Source of the DNA: a virus
Virus record (IMG/VR): IMGVR_UViG_3300006048_000003
DNA length: 64,000 nucleotides
Direction: 5' to 3' (one strand)
Shown: one piece after another, positions 46,376-54,937 of the stretch
Position numbering within the stretch: the first letter of the stretch is position 1
Layout: each line of letters begins with the position of its first letter
The notes under the pieces: model-generated
Told to the model about the DNA's origin: nothing
What the model saw: only the letters and a program-made list of their open reading frames with translations
Database searches by the model: none
Made by a program: the position numbers and the translations under genes

Positions 46376-47468
46376 CGTCATCACTCCCGTAGTCGCCGTC
46401 GGAGTCCTCATCGTCGGCAGGGACTGTGACGGCTTCCCGTGGGGGCTTCTCCTTGCCTTCTGTCGATTTCCCAAGAACTGAGACGAAGGACCATTTGTCA
46501 CCCACCACCTTCAACCGCCCATCGCTCAACTGGCAGGCGTCGTAAGCCTTCACCAGACGACTCAGGTGTTGGGCTTTGATCCGGAACGCGAACGCTTCCC
46601 CGTCGTAGGAGATGTCGAGTTCTTCCTCGGCCCACCCTTGCGGCCCACCACCATACACCGTCATTCGACCAGGAGTGAGCTTCACGACCAGCTTATCATC
46701 CTTGCCGTTGGCGAACACGCTGGCAATCTTGGCTGCGACTTCTGCCCCTTTGGGCAGGATGGCAGGTGTTCCCTCGAACGAGAGGAGCCGCGTGACTCCG
46801 TCCGTGGGATAGTCGTCCATATGCCTGCGGCAGGAAAAGATTAAGGTCTTGTTCCGGAAGTGAACCCAATCGGGAGTTGTTCCGATCTTGGTCAATCCCA
46901 AAGGCACCATCTGGGACAGGGTTTCGGCCAGTACCAGAAACGACTCCGTCACCCCGGATCGGACCATGAACCGTGTAGCCTGTCGCTTGTCGCAGCTTTC
47001 CAGGTATTCGGGGTGAATGTGGATACAGCGTGCCTTGAACTCTTCCGTGGTCCCGGCTGCGGTGATTTCGGTTTGCTCCACAGCCCGTGAGAAGTCTTCT
47101 GGAAGCAGCGTCCACGATTCCGGCAGTGATACGTCTTCGAGTGCCAGAGTGATCTCCGCTTCAAGCCTGACGGCGGACTTCTTGCGTCCTGCTTTCATGG
47201 TGAACTGATTGTCCTTGATCGCGATGTCGATTTCATCGTCATTGATGGCTTCGACCCATCGCATCAGGGGTTCAGCAGCAACCGCCCCCGTGATGTCGTC
47301 AGGAAGTCCGGACTGAGTGCGAACACAGATTTCGCCGTTGAAAGCGTAAGCCCACGAATCCTGAAAAACGACCGCCTTACTCTGCTCCAATGTTCCCTTC
47401 TTTGACAATCCAGGTTGAACACGACCAAGAAGATTCAGGAACGTCTCTCGGTTGATTCGATGAGTCAT
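46368..47468 (-). CDS. dnaN: Sliding clamp (DnaN-like)
   Basis: 366 aa; INRETFLNLLGRV, DYP, AFRIKAQHL pattern; near the clamp loader and polymerase. Confidence 0.7.
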   Translation of the reverse strand: MTHRINRETFLNLLGRVQPGLSKKGTLEQSKAVVFQDSWAYAFNGEICVRTQSGLPDDITGAVAAEPLMRWVEAINDDEIDIAIKDNQFTMKAGRKKSAVRLEAEITLALEDVSLPESWTLLPEDFSRAVEQTEITAAGTTEEFKARCIHIHPEYLESCDKRQATRFMVRSGVTESFLVLAETLSQMVPLGLTKIGTTPDWVHFRNKTLIFSCRRHMDDYPTDGVTRLLSFEGTPAILPKGAEVAAKIASVFANGKDDKLVVKLTPGRMTVYGGGPQGWAEEELDISYDGEAFAFRIKAQHLSRLVKAYDACQLSDGRLKVVGDKWSFVSVLGKSTEGKEKPPREAVTVPADDEDSDGDYGSDDDE

Positions 47469-47584
47469 ACATACTCCGTGGAACTACCATCCGCACCTAC
47501 AAATCAGGCACGGTTTAGTGACAATTCTATGGCAGGTCACATGCTTCCGCGATTACGAACTCGTCGCGGTGGGAATGGTTTGAG

Positions 47585-47726
47585 TGGTTCCGCAGGGAAT
47601 CGAACCCTGTAGCAGTGCGTTTACGCCTCCGCACCATCAGCCCTTTTTTGCCCCCGCTTTACACAGCACCTATCGCTGCTTCATCGTGGGATGGGTTTTA
47701 CGTTGTCCCCAGCAACGCCCGGAACC
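47585..47726 (-). ncRNA. tRNA-like RNA (142 nt) with canonical acceptor stem and T-arm
   Basis: GGTTCCG...CAGGG-TTCGATT-CCCTG-CGGAACC-A; enlarged interior, no clear anticodon. Confidence 0.55.
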
Positions 47727-47932
47727 TCCGTGCCGCTGTGTCTTTCCACTGCGGCGGTAATGTCACAGGTGTCCAGGCCATTTCGGGTGACTGTCCCCAC
47801 ACTACGTCGCCTGGCTTGACGCTACTTCCCCCTAGTCGTCTCAGGGTTTTCGATTTCCGGCTTTTTCATTCCCTCTTGCGAGGGCGGGTCGATCTCCAAG
47901 ACCAGTTCGCGACGGAAAAGTTCTGTGTTCCA

Positions 47933-48415
47933 TCATCCCCGACAACCAACTCCCCTGCTCCGAAATCGCTTGAACGGACAGAGGGTAGTGACCCGTTCAT
48001 TCTTCAATCCCACCAGGGGAATCAGTGGATCGGTCAGGATCAGCCCCTCGACGTAATAATCGACGGCGGGCATGTTCTTCAGGTAAACTTTGATGTCGAC
48101 CGTTCCTTTGGGCCAGTTCGGTCCGAATGACCACGCGAAGATGTTCCCCTTGACGGCACATTTACCCTTGTCGAGTAATTCAGGTTCCAGACTCCAGATC
48201 TCGTAATTCACCGGCTCGTTTTCCGGTTCGACGGTTCCGCTGAATCCCCAGAACCCCCCTTTGCCCATCGGGACGGTCTCGTTGTCTTCCGGGACGTTGA
48301 TTTTCAGTTTGTTGACGAGGGACTTGCTGGAAACCACCTTTCGTTCAGGAACAAGGGAAGTCGCAACCGCGAAGATCACTACCAATCCCATCAGGGTTTT
48401 CATCAAGTGCTCCAT
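47933..48415 (-). CDS. Putative secreted/membrane protein
   Basis: N-terminal hydrophobic segment. Confidence 0.5.
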   Translation of the reverse strand: MEHLMKTLMGLVVIFAVATSLVPERKVVSSKSLVNKLKINVPEDNETVPMGKGGFWGFSGTVEPENEPVNYEIWSLEPELLDKGKCAVKGNIFAWSFGPNWPKGTVDIKVYLKNMPAVDYYVEGLILTDPLIPLVGLKNERVTTLCPFKRFRSRGVGCRG

Positions 48416-48443
48416 GCGTGAAAAAGTTCTGACCCCTAATCAA

Positions 48444-48583
48444 AGATCTTGGAAGGAATCGAACCTTCCGTCTCTGGCTATTGAACGTGGCCTGACCGGT
48501 ACTACGTGCTGCGTTGATAGCAGCATCATTTAACCAGCGGAGCCTAATTACGCCAGCGGGTTCACCAGAACCACCCCAAGAGC
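48444..48583 (-). ncRNA. tRNA-like RNA (140 nt) with expanded anticodon loop
   Basis: GCTCTTG/CAAGATC (6/7), GGTTC-TGGT-GAACC, CTGGC...GCCAG, GAAGG-TTCGATT-CCTTC. Confidence 0.5.
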
Positions 48584-48724
48584 AACTGCTCGACTTTGCT
48601 AACCATGTGTGACTGTCAAGCAAGCCACACTTGATTCCCTCCGATGACACCAAATAAAGTCAGGACTCGCCAGTCACGCCCGCACCTCAAGAGATCGCAC
48701 CTTCTGACCAACGAGTCCTGACAG

Positions 48725-48798
48725 TGGTAACGCCGGGACTCGAACCCGGAACATCAGGGTTAGAAACCCCGTGCTCTATCCATTTGAGCTACGCTACC
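48725..48798 (-). tRNA. tRNA-Arg (anticodon TCT)
   Basis: GGTAGCG acceptor, GCTC/GAGC D-stem, CGGGG-TTTCTAA-CCCTG, GGTTCGAGTCC T-arm; CCA not encoded. Confidence 0.9.
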
Positions 48799-48800
48799 AA

Positions 48801-48917
48801 TCCGAAGCAATCAAAGTAGTGAGTTCCTGAGTCGCACAGGACGTCTCATCACACCTTCAGGGGCAGATCGCTAGCAACCTTCCCCCGATCCGGCCGGATA
48901 ACTTTGACTGCTTCGGC
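48801..48917 (-). ncRNA. Putative structured small RNA heading the tRNA cluster
   Basis: CCGAAGCAGTCAAAGT/ACTTTGATTGCTTCGG 16-bp closing stem with internal hairpins, starting just after a promoter. Confidence 0.45.
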
Positions 48918-48923
48918 ACCACT

Positions 48924-48952
48924 CTTATAGTCCACATTTCCGTGAAAGGCAA
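48924..48952 (-). promoter_or_regulatory. Sigma70-like promoter of the RNA cluster
   Basis: TTGCCT-17-TATAAG. Confidence 0.65.
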
Positions 48953-48953
48953 A

Positions 48954-50099
48954 TTAAACGGAACCGTATTTTTTTCTTTTCTTGGCTCCGGGTTGAGGAG
49001 TCTTGCCCCTCCCATTCAGGAAATGCCCCCACTTGCCCGCGTAGGGACCACGAGTCACCTTCTTCTTCCAGACGTACAAGCCATACACCATCCGCAGTCG
49101 GGTGGGGACGTGGTTGTTGACGGTGTGGGTCAGGGACTTCTCAGTCTTCTTCGGAAACTTGAGTCCCAGAAGCCTGACAAGCTGTGCCTTCGTGACGCAG
49201 GAATCCTTCTGCCCTGCCTCTTTCAGAATACGAACGATTTCGTAGGCCACCCCTTTGGTCGGTACAGGGAGGGGGCTGGCGTCGTAGTGAGCCACCATCT
49301 CATCCCAGGTCATGTCCTTGTTGCCGACACGGTAGACACCCTTCTTCCGCTTCTTCGCCTTCAGTGGTTTGCGGCGGACGTACTTCCGCTTCGGTTTGGG
49401 CTGTGGGGGTGGGATGAGAAGTTCCGGCTCTGTGCAGGTGCCTGAGAACAGTTCATTGATCTCGTCATCGAATTCTGTCTCGATTTCCTCGATGACACGA
49501 TCGACCTCTTCATCGGGGGCTTCAATCACGGAAACCGCTGGATCACGGTTAATATTCAAATTCGTATCCAGCAGTCCTTCCACCCCACTCGCCCGTTCTT
49601 CGCTCCTATCAACCGGGAGCAATCGGTCTGATTCAACCGTCCCTGAAAGAGGAGGAGTCTCCACGACATTCGACCCGTCGTGGTGGGTTTGAAGAGGAGT
49701 TGGTTCCAGTGGAGTGTCCCCCTCCTCCAAAAGATCGGGGATGCCATTCACGACACTGTCACCACTTTCCAAAGCAACGTGATCTTCCGAACCATCGGAA
49801 TTCACCAGAACAACTTCCACAGTCGCCGGGGGAGCTTGGGATTCCCGAACTTCTGGCTCGACGTCGTCAACCACTTCCACCGTCCCTCCTCCAAATTGAT
49901 GAGCGTAAATCTTATCGTAAAGGTCCAAATCGTCCTGGGACGACTTCAAGGACTCCACCTGTTCCGGTGATTCCAGGAACTTGGTAATTCCCGTTCCCTC
50001 GTTCACGCGAACGGACAGCTTGCCCACTGGCCACGATCCTGCGTCGGGGACTCCGATGGTTCCCAGAAGTTTCACCAGTTCTGAACGAGATACCAACAT
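48954..50099 (-). CDS. Hypothetical acidic protein with basic, winged-helix-like C-terminus
   Basis: Start re-called at MLVSRSE. Confidence 0.55.
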   Translation of the reverse strand: MLVSRSELVKLLGTIGVPDAGSWPVGKLSVRVNEGTGITKFLESPEQVESLKSSQDDLDLYDKIYAHQFGGGTVEVVDDVEPEVRESQAPPATVEVVLVNSDGSEDHVALESGDSVVNGIPDLLEEGDTPLEPTPLQTHHDGSNVVETPPLSGTVESDRLLPVDRSEERASGVEGLLDTNLNINRDPAVSVIEAPDEEVDRVIEEIETEFDDEINELFSGTCTEPELLIPPPQPKPKRKYVRRKPLKAKKRKKGVYRVGNKDMTWDEMVAHYDASPLPVPTKGVAYEIVRILKEAGQKDSCVTKAQLVRLLGLKFPKKTEKSLTHTVNNHVPTRLRMVYGLYVWKKKVTRGPYAGKWGHFLNGRGKTPQPGAKKRKKYGSV

Positions 50100-50133
50100 C
50101 GCTTGCCTTTTGTCGTGACCACGCCGAAGCCGT

Positions 50134-50169
50134 GTTACGGCAACTAACCCGCCGCAATGGGGTACTAGT
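50134..50169 (-). repeat. Dispersed repeat-like unit directly after a promoter
   Basis: Sense ACTAGTACCCCAT-TGCGGC-GGGTTAGTT-GCCGTA-AC; 34 nt before ATG 50099. Confidence 0.75.
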
Positions 50170-50197
50170 ATCCTACCCTGTAATACACATAAGGCAA
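50170..50197 (-). promoter_or_regulatory. Sigma70-like promoter
   Basis: TTGCCT-16-TAGGAT. Confidence 0.5.
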
Positions 50198-50308
50198 ATT
50201 CATTTCGAGTCACGGTCTGACTTTATCGCGAACGTTGCTTGCTTCTCTGTGTCTTACAGGGGTATAGTATTTGCACACAAGACGCTTCGCCCGACTGGAG
50301 GTGACAGA

Positions 50309-50494
50309 ATGACTCGGGAAGATCGACTCCGACTGGCTGAGTTCCTGGCGAGGGAACCGCTCGTCTCTGAAGAAGAAGCTCGCAGCGAACTGGGACTGAC
50401 TCCGAAGTGGATGGAAGAATTATCTTCCCCGACCACTCCGGAACCGAAAAAGGAAATCCGTCGTCCTTCGGATCGAAAGCCAGTGCTTGCCTAG
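50309..50494 (+). CDS. Small protein, divergently transcribed
   Basis: SD GGAGGT before ATG 50309; promoter TTGCTT-18-TATAGT at 50239-50268. Confidence 0.55.
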   Translation: MTREDRLRLAEFLAREPLVSEEEARSELGLTPKWMEELSSPTTPEPKKEIRRPSDRKPVLA

Positions 50495-51879
50495 AAAGAA
50501 CTGAGCAGGCACGGCTGACCGATTGCCAAACAGCCTGCGTACCACGCACATCGGTTCTCACCGAATTCCAGTCCACGCCCCACAACCCAGTTTCTCCGCG
50601 ACAGACCTAGTTGTTTCTCTTTGGGGGTCTGATTGATTCCCACCATTCCCGTGACGAATGCCATCTTCAGGTGATATCCCCCAATGTGTTCCCGTTTCAA
50701 CACGCGAGCTTCAAACCCTTCCCGATTACACTGAGTCGCGGTCAGGACGAGCGTGTGTCGCTTCTGGGACATCGAACGCATCGCCATCCAGGTTTCCCTT
50801 TCCTGATCAAGCTTATCCAACTTCCGGTCGATGGGTGCCGCTAAATCCGCGTAGTCAAAACAAACGATGTCGGGGAAGAATCCGTCCCTGGCACACTCAT
50901 CCAGAATCGCGTCTGCCGCTGTAACGGACAGTGTCCCGGCTGGATTGTTCCATAGTTTCAGATGACCACTCTCTGCCATCTGAGCGAACACTTCCCTGAC
51001 GTGGGGAACTGTGATGCACGTCCGGTCTTCCCACTCCACTGCCACGTCAGGCATTTCTCCGTCGTTCGATTCCAACTTGACCGGCATCGGAATCCGCTTG
51101 GTCCTGTTCCCGTCCGCATCGAATGGACGCTCCGTGGACCGGCAAGCAAAGCGAATCATCACGTCTTCCCGCGTGTCGTCGCCCATCTCAAAGTAAGCCA
51201 CCTTCAGTCCCTGCTGCACGGCTCGAATGGTGATATCCTGAAGGTCGTATGACTTCCCCCCTTTTTCTTTGGACAAGAAAGACACGAATCCACCCCTGCG
51301 AAGGGCTTTGTCGTAGAAATTCCCCATTGCACCGGGAAGTTCCAGCATGGACTCCGTTCGCCTCTCGAAAGCGGCTTCCAGTGCTGCCTGGTCCGTCAGG
51401 ACGTCGATTCCTGAACCAAGTCCCAGTTCAATCTTGCGGCTTTTCTCTACGAGAGCATGAGCCTGCTCGACGTCCCCACGTTCCAGGCAAGCTGTCATCT
51501 GGGCTGCCAGGTCTTTCAGACGGACACCCTCGAAATACCTCCCCGCGATGTCGAGCAGGTGATCCGGGGTAAGCTGTTGTTTCAGTCTTTCGGTTTCCGC
51601 AGATAGCCCCGACAGGAGACTTCCCACTGCTCCCACAAGTTCAGCGTCTTTGTTGGTGTCGGCCCACTCGTGGAAGTACTGCTGGACGGCACCTTTCGGG
51701 GCGGTGTTATACTTTCGATAATGAACAACTGCCCACTGTACGATAAGATTCGCATGTCGGGAACTGAAGAGTCCATGATCTTTCCATTTCTGGGCGACTG
51801 CCGCGAGGACTTTCTTTGACACGATGCATCCAATCATCACCTGACGTTCTGCTGTTCCATCGCGTTGAGTGACTTTCAT
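50491..51879 (-). CDS. dnaB: DnaB-like replicative helicase
   Basis: SKEKGGKS, YFEMG, CFDYADL, TATQCNR. Confidence 0.8.
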   Translation of the reverse strand: MKVTQRDGTAERQVMIGCIVSKKVLAAVAQKWKDHGLFSSRHANLIVQWAVVHYRKYNTAPKGAVQQYFHEWADTNKDAELVGAVGSLLSGLSAETERLKQQLTPDHLLDIAGRYFEGVRLKDLAAQMTACLERGDVEQAHALVEKSRKIELGLGSGIDVLTDQAALEAAFERRTESMLELPGAMGNFYDKALRRGGFVSFLSKEKGGKSYDLQDITIRAVQQGLKVAYFEMGDDTREDVMIRFACRSTERPFDADGNRTKRIPMPVKLESNDGEMPDVAVEWEDRTCITVPHVREVFAQMAESGHLKLWNNPAGTLSVTAADAILDECARDGFFPDIVCFDYADLAAPIDRKLDKLDQERETWMAMRSMSQKRHTLVLTATQCNREGFEARVLKREHIGGYHLKMAFVTGMVGINQTPKEKQLGLSRRNWVVGRGLEFGENRCAWYAGCLAIGQPCLLSSF

Positions 51880-51902
51880 GGTGGACGACCTTCCGTGATT
51901 TC

Positions 51903-52613
51903 TTATGTTCCTGCCAGTTCAAAGGTCAACGCATCCAGCCCTACTAACTGCCGTCCGAACGCCACACACGCCTGCGAGATGTCTTCGTGAGCAAGTTCTT
52001 CTGTATCGTACTGATAGTCTTGAAAATCTACTTCAGAAGGATACGTATAGTCAACTCTCCCCTTGAGCAGCATCTTGAAGGACATCGGCAGGGCAGTTCC
52101 TGTCCCATCGTGGTGAATTCTGAGGGATGTCCCAATCCGAATAAAAGTACCCGGACGTTGCAGATATCCCCCCACAACTAAATCCGTCAACTTCACATGC
52201 TGAACCGGATGATGACGAAAGATCACCTTCGCCAGACGCATGAACTCCATAACGGTAATTTCGATTCGATGAAAGAAGCCACGACGGAACTCCCACGCAT
52301 TCATTGACCCAACGAGAGGACTCCCTACTTTGTCCCACGTCTTTGACCAGTGATACAGATCCTTCGACCACGCTGGATGAAGTAACTCAGCCGAACGCTT
52401 CACGAGCGGAACGGCGGAATTCTCGCACATCTCGCGGTTGTGGTAACTCAGAAAGTAACTGGAATCGAATGTCGCCAGTTGACACTGAACACGAATGAAC
52501 TCGGCTTTCTCGGGCTGGTTGTTCTCGTCCAACCAGTCAGCGTAGATGAGCCGCACGTCGTTGTCGGTCGGATTAAGGAGAATCCCCTGATGGAGTGCTT
52601 CGCCGTCAGTCAT
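51903..52613 (-). CDS. TIGR02996-like domain protein
   Basis: ILLNPTDNDVRLIYADWLDENNQPEKAEFIRVQC...FRRGF. Confidence 0.85.
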   Translation of the reverse strand: MTDGEALHQGILLNPTDNDVRLIYADWLDENNQPEKAEFIRVQCQLATFDSSYFLSYHNREMCENSAVPLVKRSAELLHPAWSKDLYHWSKTWDKVGSPLVGSMNAWEFRRGFFHRIEITVMEFMRLAKVIFRHHPVQHVKLTDLVVGGYLQRPGTFIRIGTSLRIHHDGTGTALPMSFKMLLKGRVDYTYPSEVDFQDYQYDTEELAHEDISQACVAFGRQLVGLDALTFELAGT

Positions 52614-53317
52614 TTCACTTCCTCCAAGACTCGATTCCACGACCCGTCATCTTCCCCCGCCCATCGGATAAGGATTCCCTTGAGGTAACTAGATGCCAGG
52701 TCATGCGTTGGCGTCCACGTATGGGGAACCAGATCTCCTGACCACTCTGCCCACCTTCCGTACTTACGATGAACCGACTTGAAGAAATCCGTCAGGTATC
52801 CCGCCACATCCAAGTAGACGACCAGTTCCCGATAAGCGTCCTTCACTTTCGGATCGGTCGACGTGGCTAGTTTGGACTTGAAGGACTTCAGGTTCTGAAC
52901 CGAACGGCAGACAACACCCCGAAGTTGTTTCTCGGTGTTGACGAGCCAAGTCAGTTCCTGAGTCATTTCCAGAACGTCCCTTTCCTCCTGAGACAGTTCC
53001 GCCTGTTTTCCGTCAAGCAACACGGCTCGTTCAATCTCCTCCCCGATCCAGTCCCAGTTGTTACGAAAGTCGTCCCCGCTCTGGACCTTCGGACGTTCGA
53101 TCTTGAGTTGGATGTACTTGTTTACACGGGTGACGACGACTTCTTCTCCATGCTGATTGATGAGAAGCTCGAACGCCTTCTCCCAACGGGCTTGACGCTT
53201 GCGGGTCCACCCCATCGCCTGAATGTGATCCCGAATCTTTTCGGCCATGCCGCGTGCGAGAATTCCCGCTCTGTCTTGCTTGGCGGTCCCGAAGTCGATG
53301 TCGAAAGTGTCATCCAT
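52610..53317 (-). CDS. Hypothetical protein
   Basis: Start re-called at MDDTFD. Confidence 0.55.
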   Translation of the reverse strand: MDDTFDIDFGTAKQDRAGILARGMAEKIRDHIQAMGWTRKRQARWEKAFELLINQHGEEVVVTRVNKYIQLKIERPKVQSGDDFRNNWDWIGEEIERAVLLDGKQAELSQEERDVLEMTQELTWLVNTEKQLRGVVCRSVQNLKSFKSKLATSTDPKVKDAYRELVVYLDVAGYLTDFFKSVHRKYGRWAEWSGDLVPHTWTPTHDLASSYLKGILIRWAGEDDGSWNRVLEEVK

Positions 53318-53822
53318 CTTTCTTCCCCACCAAAACCTTCTGGAGTGCCAGTCGGGTCTTGTTAATCCAGTCCATGTAAAGAGCATCCAGATCGTCACCC
53401 ATTGCCACGGCACCGCCAGTTTCCATGATCTGCACAGCCCCGTCCACCACACGATTCTTGATCGCGTTGTCGTACCGGATGCCCGCGACCATCGCATCGA
53501 ACATATCAGTACAGGCGGAAATCAACTTGGCGTTGGCTCTCCCTCTCCGGTCTTCCGTGCCCGATGTAATCACGAAGACGTGAGCCAGTTCTGACCATGC
53601 GTTCCTTCCTGACGCACTGTCAATCTTGGCGTAGGGAACGTGACTTTCCCGATCATCGTGGTAGAGTACTTCCTGCTCCTCGAAATCCGGAAACTCGACT
53701 GTCCACGGACCCGGAGAGAACTGTGGATAAATGGAATCCACATCACACAAGTCCGATTCCAGCTTCGGATCGATTGGCACAATTTCCAGTTTCGGATTGA
53801 TGGGAACGATTTCAGACATCAC
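53310..53822 (-). CDS. Hypothetical protein
   Basis: FSPGPW...ANAKLISAC phage-type motif. Confidence 0.55.
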   Translation of the reverse strand: MMSEIVPINPKLEIVPIDPKLESDLCDVDSIYPQFSPGPWTVEFPDFEEQEVLYHDDRESHVPYAKIDSASGRNAWSELAHVFVITSGTEDRRGRANAKLISACTDMFDAMVAGIRYDNAIKNRVVDGAVQIMETGGAVAMGDDLDALYMDWINKTRLALQKVLVGKKDG

Positions 53823-54376
53823 GAGGTCTCCATTGGATTGATTTCAACGACAGGCTTCTTGCTATCCATCCCCATTCGCATCAGGGGCTGCTCCGACTCT
53901 AGCACGGGACTAACCATCTTGCTGGTAAAAGAACTGAAACAGCGAAAATCCTGCACGAATCCTTTCCACAAAGAAATTTCCATCGAACAGGCGTAAATCT
54001 TCGATTCATTCCGGGAACGCCACCCCACACCTTCCAGACCAATTCGCATCCACACCTTGCGTCCATTGACCATAAAAATGGGATTTCCCTGAATGTACGA
54101 GTCCATCGAACCCACGCGATACGGCTTGTGAAGCTTCAAGGTCGCGGGAACAAGTCTCTTCCAGTTGTCACTGACCCACTTGTACCCGGCTCGGGGCATT
54201 CGATCCGTGCCTCCTACTTTCATCGAGCAGGACACTCGTATGAATTCAACTGTCGCCTTTACCAAATCGTCCGTGTCCGGGGATGCGTGTTCCTCCAGCC
54301 AGTCCCCATACATCAGCCGGGGCACGTCTTCCTGGGGATTGGCTCGAATCGCATCGAGTAGTGACTGACATTCCAT
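53819..54376 (-). CDS. TIGR02996-like domain protein
   Basis: LLDAIRANPQEDVPRLMYGDWLEE. Confidence 0.85.
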   Translation of the reverse strand: MECQSLLDAIRANPQEDVPRLMYGDWLEEHASPDTDDLVKATVEFIRVSCSMKVGGTDRMPRAGYKWVSDNWKRLVPATLKLHKPYRVGSMDSYIQGNPIFMVNGRKVWMRIGLEGVGWRSRNESKIYACSMEISLWKGFVQDFRCFSSFTSKMVSPVLESEQPLMRMGMDSKKPVVEINPMETS

Positions 54377-54390
54377 CTGGTCTACACCCC

Positions 54391-54426
54391 TTGACTCCTA
54401 CAAACCGGGAGCAATCGGATTACTTT
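54391..54426 (-). repeat. Dispersed repeat-like unit
   Basis: Sense AAAGTAATCCGAT-TGCTCC-CGGTTTGTA-GGAGTC-AA; contains the TAA stop (54420); 14 nt before ATG 54376. Confidence 0.75.
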
Positions 54427-54662
54427 TCATCAACGGGACGGGTCGTTGAAGTGCGGACCCCTTTTATGAAACCACGTCCGAACCTTCCGGTCCTGTCACC
54501 GACCTGCTCCCCGATATTCTCCGCGTCAGGAAGAATAATCTTGGGTTTTGGTTCTGGTGGGGGAGTGGGCTTCCAGGGCTGAAACACGAACAGGAACAAA
54601 CTGACAACGAACACAACACCCAACAAAATCAGCCATCCAGGGGGTTTTTCATCGTTTCTCAT
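54420..54662 (-). CDS. Small membrane protein
   Basis: One transmembrane segment. Confidence 0.55.
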   Translation of the reverse strand: MRNDEKPPGWLILLGVVFVVSLFLFVFQPWKPTPPPEPKPKIILPDAENIGEQVGDRTGRFGRGFIKGVRTSTTRPVDEK

Positions 54663-54670
54663 GGAAATCC

Positions 54671-54907
54671 TCACTTCGACTTCTTGCGTTTCCGTGTCTT
54701 CTTGGGTTCCGGGGGAGGTGGATTGACGAACTCCTCCACCTGGATTTCCAGTGCCTCGTACCGCTGCATGTCCTCTTCCCAAGCTCTTTTACAAAGTCGG
54801 TACTGAACCGGAGTCAAAACGAACCGCTGCTTCACTTTGACACGGAATTCAAAGACTTTCTGCCAATCTTCAGCGGACAAGAAGGTTTTCTTGCGTGTGA
54901 CATCCAT
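54671..54907 (-). CDS. Hypothetical protein
   Basis: SD CAGGAG before ATG 54907. Confidence 0.55.
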   Translation of the reverse strand: MDVTRKKTFLSAEDWQKVFEFRVKVKQRFVLTPVQYRLCKRAWEEDMQRYEALEIQVEEFVNPPPPEPKKTRKRKKSK

Positions 54908-54937
54908 TCGTGGGCACTCCTGTTCATGCGTCTGGGA

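Noticed and set aside
47490-47525. Possible 21st dispersed unit (CGTGCC-TGATTTGTA-GGTGCG) 21 nt before the clamp gene
   Set aside because: The stem pairs only via two G-U, and the loop-tail pseudoknot and tail consensus are absent; plausible but unsupported without a covariance model.
47727-47932. Possible tmRNA or group I intron piece beside the tRNA-like RNA
   Set aside because: Hairpins are present, but I could not identify a G3-U70 acceptor, a tag frame or intron core elements.
48725-48798. Reading the tRNA as an amber suppressor (CTA in the loop), implying recoding
   Set aside because: Stem register puts TCT at positions 34-36, and TAG is used as a normal stop in many genes.
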